64,000 nt of DNA from positions 288,001 to 352,000 of the forward strand of contig OZ243037.1 in the NCBI GenBank assembly GCA_965212015.1, given 5' to 3'. The notes under the pieces were generated by a model. It made no database searches. It was not told where the DNA came from and worked only from the letters and a program-made list of their open reading frames with translations. A program made the translations under genes and the position numbers. The stretch comes from Cenarchaeum sp. (GTDB lineage: Archaea > Thermoproteota > Nitrososphaeria > Nitrososphaerales > Nitrosopumilaceae). Below are positions 49,621 through 58,742 of the stretch, piece by piece; within the stretch, counting starts at the first letter, position 1; every line of letters begins with the position of its first letter.

Positions 49621-49702
49621 CGCCGGGTAAGGGATTCGAACCCCTGAGCGCTTGCGCGCAGCCGTTTTCGAGACGGCCGCCGTACCACTTGGCTAACCCG
49701 GC
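49621..49702 (-). tRNA. tRNA-Ser(CGA)
   Basis: GCCGGGT acceptor, AGCCAAGTGG D-arm, GCCGT-CT-CGA-AA-ACGGC anticodon arm, long variable arm, GGTTCGAATCC, discriminator G, no encoded CCA. Confidence 0.96.
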
Positions 49703-49952
49703 ACAAACCCTCCATATCACCCACAAATAAAGAAAAGGCAGCCAGACGGCGCCAGGGTACATACGGCCAAAACAGGCACAAACCGCCCATATGCGGGCAG
49801 GAACTGGATTCGGCCGATAATTCTGCCAAGAGCGATCTGACCTGCAAATCGGCCTAGTTTTGCAATATGGCCAAGATATGCCTGTTTTCTGCCTATATCA
49901 GTTAATAAAAATCAGGGGTTGGGTTATTAAAGAGATCGTCATATTACCGGGC

Positions 49953-50135
49953 ATGGTGCTGGCATGGATTGGAATCGTCCTAGGCGTTTTGATCATAATA
50001 GTCCTGATTTGGAAGCTCTCAAAAACGCCCCCGCACAAGGCACTAACAGTCGAATATCACTGCAAAATCTGCGGCGAGAGGACCAACGGCCTCAAATGTC
50101 CCAGATGTGCCAAAAACAACCATTATGGCAGATGA
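49953..50135 (+). CDS. Small membrane-anchored zinc-ribbon protein
   Basis: TM then CKIC..CPRC. Confidence 0.7.
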   Translation: MVLAWIGIVLGVLIIIVLIWKLSKTPPHKALTVEYHCKICGERTNGLKCPRCAKNNHYGR

Positions 50136-50193
50136 CGTGTTTTTGCGGGTTTGACATGGCTAGATTTTTATTTTTGATTGAGGCAGGCCAATA

Positions 50194-50583
50194 ATGACAT
50201 TGAGCGGCGAAAAGATGAATCTGCAGGTATACGGCGAAAAGTGCAATCTGCTGCTTGATCAGCAGAAAATCCGCTTTGCGGGAATTCTTGATGAAAAGGG
50301 GACCCTGGTGGCAGGCGGCTTTAAAAAAGGCATAACCCCGCTGGAAAAAGACGAGACTCGGCTGGAATCATTCATGGAGTTCGTCTCAAAGATCTCGATA
50401 AGAAGGGACTTTGATGACAGCCTCGGGCCGATTAACTATCTGGCGGCCCGCAGAAACAAAGCCGTTCTGGTGAGTTTTCCGTTTCCAGTCAGCAAGATTT
50501 TACTGCTGGTGTCTGCCGAACCCACAGTCGACATTGAAGAGTTGGCAGAAAGTGTGGTAGACATGTTTACCGACGTGTCATAG
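50194..50583 (+). CDS. Roadblock/DUF6659-like thaumarchaeal protein
   Basis: IRFAGI...G.LVAGG.K.G; paralogs at 57161 and 62641. Confidence 0.75.
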   Translation: MTLSGEKMNLQVYGEKCNLLLDQQKIRFAGILDEKGTLVAGGFKKGITPLEKDETRLESFMEFVSKISIRRDFDDSLGPINYLAARRNKAVLVSFPFPVSKILLLVSAEPTVDIEELAESVVDMFTDVS

Positions 50584-51720
50584 ATGGGGAATAGAATGTC
50601 GACGCTTCAAATCAAAAGACGGTACTGTGCAGGTTTAATCCTGGTTTTTGCTATGATTTCTGTTACTCCGGCATTTGCCTTTGAAATCTTTACTGACAAG
50701 CTGGCATACCAGACAGGGGACGAGATAGTACTTGCCGGGACAATTAGAACAGTTGATCCGGATCTGCAAGCTACAATCCTGTTTTTTGATCCCAACGGAA
50801 TTTTTTTTATTCTCGATCAATTTGACATCAATCCTGATGGGAAATTCTCTAAAACATACAAATCCATGGGCATCGCCTGGGGTTTAGACGGGACATACAG
50901 GATAACACTAACTTATGGCGACAAGACCGCCGAGACGATATTCGAGTTTACTACAGTCAAAAATAAAGACGACAAAAATGAAGACAAGATCAAGACCGAC
51001 AAAGAGGACAAGGCAGATGCCAAACAGACAAATCCCGAAAAACCTGACAAGACAAGCGCCGATAAAGACCGCGAGCCAAGCCGGACGGATACAGAAAAAG
51101 AATCCCAGACAGAACCGCCGCCCGAATCCGACAAGCCGGTTCCGGATAAAGCCGAGCCAAAAAAGACAAAGACGCACATTCCCGGATTTCCAGAGCCGAA
51201 TAAATCCCCGCAGTATTATATAGACAGGTACAACGACGAGTCGGACTATCGCGACTGGTTTGACTCTGCCTTTCCCGGCCAGTCAGTCGAGTCAATAGTG
51301 GGGTATGACACAGCAGGCGTCTCTGGCTTTCTTGAGCCAGACAGGGCCCCGCAGTATTATATAGACAGGTACAACGACGAGTCGGACTATCGCGACTGGT
51401 TTGACTCTGCCTTTCCGGACATTACAATCCACGAGGCAGTCGGGTTTCCCACCCCGCTGCCCATTCCGGACTGGGTAAGGCAGAGCGCACAGCAGTGGTC
51501 TGAGGACGGCGCCGGTGGCGACTTTGTAGCCGGAATCGGGTTTATAATCCAGAACAACATTCTGCTTGGGGACGCCTCTGATCCCGGCCTGCTGCAAGAC
51601 GGCGCCATTCCGTCGTGGGTGGGACACAATGCAAGATGGTGGGCCCAGGGTGAGATCTCCGACGGCGAGTATGTCGCAGTACTGAGGCATCTAGTCGATG
51701 AGGGAATCATCCGGGTATAG
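50584..51720 (+). CDS. Secreted surface protein with C-terminal IPxW repeats
   Basis: Signal peptide, Ig-like domain, charged linker, IPDWVR/IPSWVG..WWAQGEISD. Confidence 0.82.
   Translation: MGNRMSTLQIKRRYCAGLILVFAMISVTPAFAFEIFTDKLAYQTGDEIVLAGTIRTVDPDLQATILFFDPNGIFFILDQFDINPDGKFSKTYKSMGIAWGLDGTYRITLTYGDKTAETIFEFTTVKNKDDKNEDKIKTDKEDKADAKQTNPEKPDKTSADKDREPSRTDTEKESQTEPPPESDKPVPDKAEPKKTKTHIPGFPEPNKSPQYYIDRYNDESDYRDWFDSAFPGQSVESIVGYDTAGVSGFLEPDRAPQYYIDRYNDESDYRDWFDSAFPDITIHEAVGFPTPLPIPDWVRQSAQQWSEDGAGGDFVAGIGFIIQNNILLGDASDPGLLQDGAIPSWVGHNARWWAQGEISDGEYVAVLRHLVDEGIIRV
51206..51416 (+). repeat. Intragenic identical 70-bp direct repeat (period 141 nt)
   Basis: 51206-51275 equals 51347-51416. Confidence 0.92.
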
Positions 51721-51785
51721 CTAGATGCACGGCGCTTTCCTATGCGGCATGGATCCTTATTATTGCCCGCAACCCAACCACACAC

Positions 51786-52730
51786 ATGGAGTTTGCCAGC
51801 ATCGAGCCGTCATATACCTCACAGGACGGCTGCAGGCTGATCTGGGACGGCGATGACGAGGACGACAAGTCGGCAGTAATTCTCAACAAGTCCGAGCTAG
51901 ACGCCCTAGTCGAGATACTAAAGAGCGATTCGACAGGCAAGGTTGATCTCGAGGACAATGCAAGCACAATCCTTGTCAACTCGGACGTCATACAGTTCAA
52001 CCTCAAGGACAGGCTGTTTGAGGCAGACACCAAGCATCTTCAAAGACAGATTCTTGCATACGCCAGGGTGTCCCACGAACCGCAGCGCATCCACACAAAA
52101 TCCAAAGAGTTCTATCCGGCCGGATCCGCACGCAAGGGGGAATCCATAAAGACGGGCAATACCAAAAAGTCGCTTCTCGAGGCGATACTTGGAACAAAAC
52201 CGCAAAAGGGTGCCGAGTCGTGCGACCTCTTTAAGATAATGTCGCAGAGACGCTCTGTCAGAAAGTTTTCCAGATCAAAGGTGGAGGACTGGAAGGTCGA
52301 CAAGATTCTGGCAGCGGCAGACACCGCCCCTACTGCCGGAAACTTTCAGGGCTTTCAGGTGTTTTACGTCAAAAACAAGAGAATCAAGGAGGCGCTGGTG
52401 GAGGCGGCAAACAACCAGCCGTACGTCAATGCCCCCATAGTGCTGGTCTTTTGCATGGATCCCTCCAGGGTAAAGATGAAGTTCCCGCCTGCAATACTGG
52501 AGAAATTCTCCCTGCAGGATGCGACGCTTGCCGCCGCATACTCGCAGCTTGCAGCATCCGGAGTCGGCCTGAGCTCCATCTGGATAGGAATGATCGACGA
52601 GCAAAAGGTCCGGGCCATAATCAACACCGGCCTGGTTCCGTCATCGATACTCTGCATAGGCTATCCGGCCAGGAAAAAACCGCCAAAGTCGCGCCGAAAG
52701 CTCAAGGAACTAATACGCATAGTCGAATAG
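51786..52730 (+). CDS. Nitroreductase-family protein with extra N-terminal domain
   Basis: [29 protein letters not shown]. Confidence 0.85.
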   Translation: MEFASIEPSYTSQDGCRLIWDGDDEDDKSAVILNKSELDALVEILKSDSTGKVDLEDNASTILVNSDVIQFNLKDRLFEADTKHLQRQILAYARVSHEPQRIHTKSKEFYPAGSARKGESIKTGNTKKSLLEAILGTKPQKGAESCDLFKIMSQRRSVRKFSRSKVEDWKVDKILAAADTAPTAGNFQGFQVFYVKNKRIKEALVEAANNQPYVNAPIVLVFCMDPSRVKMKFPPAILEKFSLQDATLAAAYSQLAASGVGLSSIWIGMIDEQKVRAIINTGLVPSSILCIGYPARKKPPKSRRKLKELIRIVE

Positions 52731-52764
52731 GAAAATTATTCTACTCCCTACTCTACAACACTGT

Positions 52765-53220
52765 ATGAAGGCGACATTCGGGGCGGGATGCTTTTGGCAC
52801 GTCGAGGCGCTGTTCCGGCAGGTAAGGGGGGTTCGGGACGCGCGCGTGGGATATACGGGCGGCAGCCTAGAGAGGCCCACCTACCAGCAGGTCTGCACCG
52901 ACAAGACCGGCCACGCCGAGGCAGTCCAGGTAGAGTATGATCCGGGCCAGGTCACATACGGGGAGCTCTTGGAGGTGTTTTGGGGAAACCACGATCCGAC
53001 CACCGTCAACCGCCAGGGCCCAGACGTCGGGGAGCAGTACCGCTCTGCAATATTCGTCCACGACGAGGAGCAAAAAAGGATCGCCACAGAGTCAAAGGCC
53101 GGCATTGAAAAGTCAGGCAGGTTTGAAAAGCCCATAGTCACAGAGATTCGCGACGCGCCGGAATTCTATCCTGCCGAGGACTATCACCAGAGGTACTTTG
53201 AAAAGCGCGGCCTGATCTGA
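52765..53220 (+). CDS. msrA: Peptide methionine sulfoxide reductase A
   Basis: [28 protein letters not shown]. Confidence 0.96.
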   Translation: MKATFGAGCFWHVEALFRQVRGVRDARVGYTGGSLERPTYQQVCTDKTGHAEAVQVEYDPGQVTYGELLEVFWGNHDPTTVNRQGPDVGEQYRSAIFVHDEEQKRIATESKAGIEKSGRFEKPIVTEIRDAPEFYPAEDYHQRYFEKRGLI

Positions 53221-53655
53221 CTATTTGACTATCAGCACGGGAATCCTTGCGGCATGAATCACATAGTTGGAGACGCTTCCAAAGAACATCTCTTTGACTG
53301 AGCTGCGCCCCCTTGACCCGATGACTATCATGTCATAGCGCGCCCTCTTGGAGTGCGCCGTCTTTACAATATTGTGCCCCGTATTGCCGTGCAGTATCTT
53401 TGGCTTGAAGACAATCCCGTTTCTGGCCGCAAGCGTCTTTGATGCCTCCATTATCCCGTCGATCTCCTTTTGTGCCGTCTTGCCCACAGAGCCCACCCCC
53501 TTGAACTCGGAATGTGACTGTACCTCAATTGAGACCAGCCCCGTAATCGTGGCCCTGCACTGCCTGGCAATCCCTATGGCCATCTCTAGGCCCCTCTTGG
53601 AGTTTTTGGATCCGTCCAGCGGGACCAGAATCCTGTTGATCTGCTTGTTTATCAC
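53221..53655 (-). CDS. Universal stress protein
   Basis: ILVPLDGS, IVIGSRG, GSVS, PVLIVK. Confidence 0.92.
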   Translation of the reverse strand: MINKQINRILVPLDGSKNSKRGLEMAIGIARQCRATITGLVSIEVQSHSEFKGVGSVGKTAQKEIDGIMEASKTLAARNGIVFKPKILHGNTGHNIVKTAHSKRARYDMIVIGSRGRSSVKEMFFGSVSNYVIHAARIPVLIVK

Positions 53656-53762
53656 AAATGCCGTAACACGCGCCGTCTAAAAAACATGAGCATTGCACCC
53701 GATCCCCCCGCAACTTTCGGATCGTGAGAAAATTTATCTAGCCACCGCCAAGAGTTAGTCTG

Positions 53763-54548
53763 ATGGAGGAGCGCTTTATTTCTGTTGACGGAAACAAGGT
53801 GCGCTATCTCGAGTCAGACGGAGGCAAAAAGACGCTGGTGCTCGTGCACGGGCTGGGGGCGTCTGCGGATCGGTGGGAGTTTGTAGCGCCGATCCTCGAG
53901 AGGCACTATAAGCTGATCGTCCCCGACCTGCCCGGATTCGGATACAGCGCAAAGCCGCTTGCAGACTATACCCCCGAGTTTTTTGCCGACTTTATGGAGA
54001 AATTCCTGGAAAAACTGACTGTCAAAAGGCCGCACATCATGGGCTCGTCACTCGGCGGGCAGGTCTGCGCCGAGCTTGCCGCAGGCAATCCGCAGACAGT
54101 CGACAAGCTGGTCCTGGTCTCCTCGTCGGGCATAATGAAGCACTCCACGCCGGCCCTTGACGCATACGTGCTTGCCGCGCTGTATCCCAACCATGATACC
54201 GCACAGGCGGCGTTTCAGACAATGTCTGCATCACCGGCCGTCAGCGGCAGGATAGTCGACTCGTTTGTAAGGCGGATGCACCTGCCAAATGCAAAGATGG
54301 CCTTCATGTCCTCGATTCTGGGCCTGAAAAACTCTTGCGTGCTGACTGCCAGGCTGGCAGAGATCTCCTCGCCCACCCTGATAGTCTGGGGAAGCTTGGA
54401 TCCTGTAATCCCGATAAGATACGCCCGGGACTTTGTCACGGCGATCAAGAACTGCAGCTTTTGCAGGATGGACGGTGCGGGCCACACCCCGTTTGTAGAC
54501 GAGCCTGAAAAATTTGCCAAAATCGTGCTTGACTTTCTTTCGGACTGA
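53763..54548 (+). CDS. Alpha/beta hydrolase
   Basis: HGLG, PDLPGFGYS, GSSLGG, D..IP, GH. Confidence 0.9.
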   Translation: MEERFISVDGNKVRYLESDGGKKTLVLVHGLGASADRWEFVAPILERHYKLIVPDLPGFGYSAKPLADYTPEFFADFMEKFLEKLTVKRPHIMGSSLGGQVCAELAAGNPQTVDKLVLVSSSGIMKHSTPALDAYVLAALYPNHDTAQAAFQTMSASPAVSGRIVDSFVRRMHLPNAKMAFMSSILGLKNSCVLTARLAEISSPTLIVWGSLDPVIPIRYARDFVTAIKNCSFCRMDGAGHTPFVDEPEKFAKIVLDFLSD

Positions 54549-54587
54549 AAGCTGAGTTTATATACCCACTGTTTCCAATCAGAACCA

Positions 54588-55013
54588 ATGAATGGTAATA
54601 TGTACCAATATGATCCGGCAGAAATGTTCAAGGAGTGGATTCAAAAAAGCGGCAAGGCTCAGGCCGAGTTTGTAAAAAACTTTGGAACAATGATGGGGGC
54701 TACCGGTGCCGAGAAATTCGATCCTCTCAAGGCACTAGCAGAGATCTCCAGCAACGTGACCAAATCACAGGCAAAACTCGTGCAAAACCTTGGCAGCATG
54801 CAATCAAACGGCCTTGAGAGGCTGCTAGGCATCGGCCAGCTGACGGCGAGCTTTCTTAACTGGGGCGCATACAAGACCTCAGTTGGAAGCAACGGCAGGA
54901 TCTCGATTCCAGAAGCAGAACGAGACGCGCTGGGGCTCTCAGAGGGCGATTTGGTCCAGGTTATCATTCTACCAATAGCAAAAAAACCAAAAAACAAGGA
55001 GGTGAAGAAATGA
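54588..55013 (+). CDS. AbrB-domain regulator, PhaR-like
   Basis: C-terminal VGSNGRISIPEAERDALGLSEGDLV; located in the pha cluster. Confidence 0.75.
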   Translation: MNGNMYQYDPAEMFKEWIQKSGKAQAEFVKNFGTMMGATGAEKFDPLKALAEISSNVTKSQAKLVQNLGSMQSNGLERLLGIGQLTASFLNWGAYKTSVGSNGRISIPEAERDALGLSEGDLVQVIILPIAKKPKNKEVKK

Positions 55014-55441
55014 GCACAGTGATTAAGACAAGTTCCAGCAATTCAAAGGACATCTATGATGTATACCAGCAAAACGTGGACAAGTTTTTGGATTCCATAA
55101 AGCAGACCGTACCGAGGTATTCGCAGTCCGTCACCGACGCACAGCAAGAGTATGTTGACGCATGCGAGAACATGGTAAACTCTGCAATTACACTGCAAAA
55201 AGAGTTTGCGCGAAAGGCGGGAATCGCCACCAACGTGCCAGATGCGGCATTAAAGATAATTCGGGACACCACGCAGGAGGCAGTAAAGGCGACATCTGTC
55301 CAGAACCAGATCGCACTTGCGGCAATAGACGCCACACAGCAGAACATAAAGACGTTCAACGACAATGCAAAGACGTTCGCGGATCTCAACAAGAACATCA
55401 TGCAGTCCTGGATAACGGCGTTTACGGTATACAAAAACTAG
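55010..55441 (+). CDS. Phasin-like helical protein
   Basis: Amphipathic Q/A/T-rich helices; coupled to the AbrB gene and convergent with phaC. Confidence 0.6.
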   Translation: MSTVIKTSSSNSKDIYDVYQQNVDKFLDSIKQTVPRYSQSVTDAQQEYVDACENMVNSAITLQKEFARKAGIATNVPDAALKIIRDTTQEAVKATSVQNQIALAAIDATQQNIKTFNDNAKTFADLNKNIMQSWITAFTVYKN

Positions 55442-55474
55442 TCAAAAGGCGTTTTTTTTGCCATATTTTTATTT

Positions 55475-56569
55475 TTAATTCGATCTTTTTGCGAGCCAGC
55501 GGCCAAGCTCCGGCAGCACCTGTTTTTGGGACATGGAGCTTGCAATCATTCCGACGTGGCCTGTGGGGTAAATCCGCAGGGTCTTGTCCTGGCTTGCCAC
55601 CGCATAGTGGAGCGGCATGCTGCATTCGGGCGACACCAGGTGATCCCCTACTGCGACCTGGGTAAAGATGGGGGTTTTTATGTTCCCGAGGGACACGCGG
55701 CGGCCCCCCACGTACATCTTGTCCTGTACGAGGAGGTTCTGCTGGTAAATGTCCCTTATCCACTGCCGGAACAGCTCGCCGGGAATGGGCGGCGTGTCGG
55801 CAAGCCACTTTTCCACCCTCATAAAGCTGTCCACAAAGCCCTCATTCTCTATGTTCTTGAAGAAATTCACATACTTTTCTATGCCCTGCTCAAAGGGCTT
55901 TAGCACAGAAAAGCAATAGTACATGAATTCGGGGGGCATGTTTCCTATGGTGGAGACCATATTGTCCACATCCACGTGCCTTGCAATGTTGCTGACCACC
56001 GTGGTGTCCTTCCATCCGTCAATCACAGGTGCGGTGGCCACCAGGTTTCTCACGTTTTCTGGATGCAGCGCCGCATAGGTCACGGCAAGCGTCCCGCCAG
56101 TGCAGTATCCCTGCAGCGATATGCTGTCCGTCTGCGATTCCTGCTTTACAAACTCGACACAGTTGTCAAGATACCCGTTTATGTAGTCGTCAAAGTCAAG
56201 ATACCTGTCCATGTCAGTTGGCGTGCCCCAGTCCACCATGTACACGTCGAATCCCTGATCCAGCAGGCTTCGAACCCAGCTCCTCTTTGGGTGTATGTCC
56301 AGTATGTGAAAGCGGTTGATCAGCGCATAGGCGATCAGCAGCGGCGTGCGATGCCGCATCTTTGAGACCGGCCCGTAGTGCAGCAGCCTGACTTTGTCCT
56401 CCCTGTATGCGACGTCGTAATCCGTAGTCTCGATCGTTATCTCGTCGGGCGCCGCCACCAGCTTTGGGGCCTCTGTGACGTGCCTGCCAAACTTTAGAAT
56501 CTCCTCGACTAGCTTTGGATCAATGTTCATCTCCCTAGTCATTTTTGCTGCGCCCCGACTTTCTTGCAT
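55475..56569 (-). CDS. phaC: Class III PHA synthase subunit PhaC
   Basis: PLLIAYALINR, DWG, lipase box GYCTGG, DHLV, GHVG. Confidence 0.93.
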   Translation of the reverse strand: MQESRGAAKMTREMNIDPKLVEEILKFGRHVTEAPKLVAAPDEITIETTDYDVAYREDKVRLLHYGPVSKMRHRTPLLIAYALINRFHILDIHPKRSWVRSLLDQGFDVYMVDWGTPTDMDRYLDFDDYINGYLDNCVEFVKQESQTDSISLQGYCTGGTLAVTYAALHPENVRNLVATAPVIDGWKDTTVVSNIARHVDVDNMVSTIGNMPPEFMYYCFSVLKPFEQGIEKYVNFFKNIENEGFVDSFMRVEKWLADTPPIPGELFRQWIRDIYQQNLLVQDKMYVGGRRVSLGNIKTPIFTQVAVGDHLVSPECSMPLHYAVASQDKTLRIYPTGHVGMIASSMSQKQVLPELGRWLAKRSN

Positions 56570-57107
56570 CCGATTCCAGCTTTGATATCCTTTTTCGTAG
56601 AGTATGCATCTCTTTGTATATCTCGTCGATCTCTTTTTTGTTTGGCAGGTTTGCCGACTTTAGTATGACGTTTGTCATATTGTTCCACCGCTTTGTGAGT
56701 GCAAGCTCCTTTGCCACAAGCTTGCCATAGTTCTCGCCAAAGCCCTTTGAGTCAAAGAGCAGCGTAAAATCGTTATCAAAGATGTCAATCCACACCCTCT
56801 TGTATGAGTCAAGCTGCTCCGGATCGTTTGGAATCTCCGGCGTCTTGGCGTTCACCTTTTGCTGCGCCTGCATCCACGCCTCTGTCAGCTGCCCATAGTA
56901 TGTGGCCAGGGCGTCGTTGAATTCGGCCAGATCCTCGCCTGCGTATATCAGCTCAGTCGAGATTTTTTTGGCGTTTTCTGCAAAATTTCTCATGGGCCCC
57001 ACCGATGTGAGGGCCTGCGGCTTGCTTGACATGAGGTGTATCAGGTCGGTCCAGAACAGCGACAGGTGCTTGTAGTATTTCTCGGGGTCGGAAAACTCGT
57101 TTTTCAT
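56535..57107 (-). CDS. phaE: Class III PHA synthase subunit PhaE
   Basis: Directly upstream of phaC; C-terminal NLP.K.EIDEIYKEMHTLRKR. Confidence 0.85.
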   Translation of the reverse strand: MKNEFSDPEKYYKHLSLFWTDLIHLMSSKPQALTSVGPMRNFAENAKKISTELIYAGEDLAEFNDALATYYGQLTEAWMQAQQKVNAKTPEIPNDPEQLDSYKRVWIDIFDNDFTLLFDSKGFGENYGKLVAKELALTKRWNNMTNVILKSANLPNKKEIDEIYKEMHTLRKRISKLESDARKSGRSKND

Positions 57108-57160
57108 ACGCCATATACGGAACAGCTCTCAATAAATAGATCGCCTGCATTCCAAGTGCG

Positions 57161-57550
57161 TTGTCAGGCGGGGATCTAGAGGGCATTTGCAGGCAGATAA
57201 TGCACCTGGATCCCAAGATGAGATCCGCCAGAATCATCAACAACAGGGGCCATCTGGAGGCAGGCGGCATGAAGGAGGGCCTCAAGCCCCTAGAGGAGCA
57301 AAAACAAGACGAAATGATGTTCATGGAGCTGGCGCTGCGGGTAAGGATGAGGCACGAGTTTGACGCAGAGTTCGGCCAGGTGCATTTTTCGCTCTCATAC
57401 CGGGACAAGGTGATAATAATGAGCTTTCCGCTTGCAAACGACGGCGTGCTTCTCGCCTCGGGCGAAAAGGACATCGACTTTGGGGGAATTCCATTCAAGA
57501 TACTCTCGATAATCGGCGGCCTGAGAAACGTAGATTCCAGGACGTTTTAG
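57161..57550 (+). CDS. Roadblock/DUF6659-like protein
   Basis: MRSARII...G.LEAGGMKEG. Confidence 0.75.
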   Translation: MSGGDLEGICRQIMHLDPKMRSARIINNRGHLEAGGMKEGLKPLEEQKQDEMMFMELALRVRMRHEFDAEFGQVHFSLSYRDKVIIMSFPLANDGVLLASGEKDIDFGGIPFKILSIIGGLRNVDSRTF

Positions 57551-58686
57551 GGCCTCTCTATTCGGGTTTTTTTCTTGAGGGCAAGCGCCCTGTCCACCAA
57601 ATCCTGCATCGGGCCGTCGGAGACCATGTTTATGTGGCCCAGCTTGCGCCTTGGCCTGGATTCCTTTTTTCCGTACATCTTGAGGTATGCGTTATTTTCC
57701 CGCTCCGTTACGAGCTTGTATCTTCCCGTGACGTCCTTTGCGCCAAGTATGTTGAACATTACTGCGTTGTGCAGCAGTGCGGTCTCGCCAAGATCCATCC
57801 CCAGCACCGCCCGCAGGTGCTGCTCGAACTGCGAGGTCTTGCAGGACTGCAGCGTGTGGTGCCCAGAGTTGTGAACCCTCGGGGCTATCTCGTTTATCAG
57901 AATACAGTCGTCCTGCGTCACAAACATCTCGATTCCAAACACCCCTGCCCCCCTTAGTATTTTCATCGTGTCGTGCGCGATTTGTTCTGCCTGTCTTGCA
58001 ATGCCGGTGCCGGTCCGGGCAGGCGATATCGTCATCTCTAGTATGTTGTCTGTGTGGATGTTTTCTGCCAGCGGATACGTCCTAATGTCCCCCCTTGTGT
58101 TTCTGGCGGCAATTACTGAGACTTCCATTTTAAAGTCTATAAACCTCTCCACAAACACGGGCCTTTTTCCGAAATACTCAAAGGCTTGTCCTATCTCGCC
58201 TGCGCCGCCTATCTTGTAGTTGCCGCGGCCGTCATACGCGCCGCGCCGGGCCTTTAGCAGTATGGGGGCCCCGTACCGTTCAATCCTGTCTCCTGTCTCT
58301 GCTGCTGAGCGGACCGGCGCAAAGTCCCCCACCGGCATGCCGTTTTTTTGCAGGAACGACTTTTGTAAAAGCTTGTCCTGTATGATTCTGAGCATTGCTG
58401 GCGGCGGGTTTACCTCGGCGTCGTTCTGTACGGACTCGAGGGCCTCGGCATCACCGGACTCTATCTCGTATGTTATGACGTCGGATCTTGACGCCAGCTC
58501 CCCTATTGCGTCTCTGTCCCCAAAGCCGGCAGTTATCTGCCTGGCCCCTGCCTGTGTGGCAGGACAGCCGGCGGTGGGATCCAGCACTATGACCTCCGAT
58601 ATCTCCTCTGGCATCTTTTTTGCAGCCTCTGTCAGCATCATGCCTAGCTGGCCGCCTCCGATTATGCCGAGTGTTTTTCTGGACAC
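57547..58686 (-). CDS. purK: N5-carboxyaminoimidazole ribonucleotide synthase
   Basis: GGGQLG, YDGRG, NEIAPRVHNSGH, SQFEQH, RKLGH. Confidence 0.96.
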   Translation of the reverse strand: MSRKTLGIIGGGQLGMMLTEAAKKMPEEISEVIVLDPTAGCPATQAGARQITAGFGDRDAIGELASRSDVITYEIESGDAEALESVQNDAEVNPPPAMLRIIQDKLLQKSFLQKNGMPVGDFAPVRSAAETGDRIERYGAPILLKARRGAYDGRGNYKIGGAGEIGQAFEYFGKRPVFVERFIDFKMEVSVIAARNTRGDIRTYPLAENIHTDNILEMTISPARTGTGIARQAEQIAHDTMKILRGAGVFGIEMFVTQDDCILINEIAPRVHNSGHHTLQSCKTSQFEQHLRAVLGMDLGETALLHNAVMFNILGAKDVTGRYKLVTERENNAYLKMYGKKESRPRRKLGHINMVSDGPMQDLVDRALALKKKTRIERP

Positions 58687-58742
58687 GGCTAGCTGGTGTT
58701 ATGGCCGGCTTAAGATCTTTTTGGCCAGGCCCTGCGGCCGGC

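Larger units (their letters stand above)
30401..49643. mobile_element. 19.2-kb integrative element inserted at tRNA-Ser(CGA)
   Basis: Bounded by tRNA 3'-end direct repeats; integrase next to the distal att; mobility and defence cargo. Confidence 0.85.

Noticed and set aside
30401-49643. Provirus or casposon interpretation of the element
   Set aside because: No recognisable capsid, terminase, portal, PolB or Cas1 gene.
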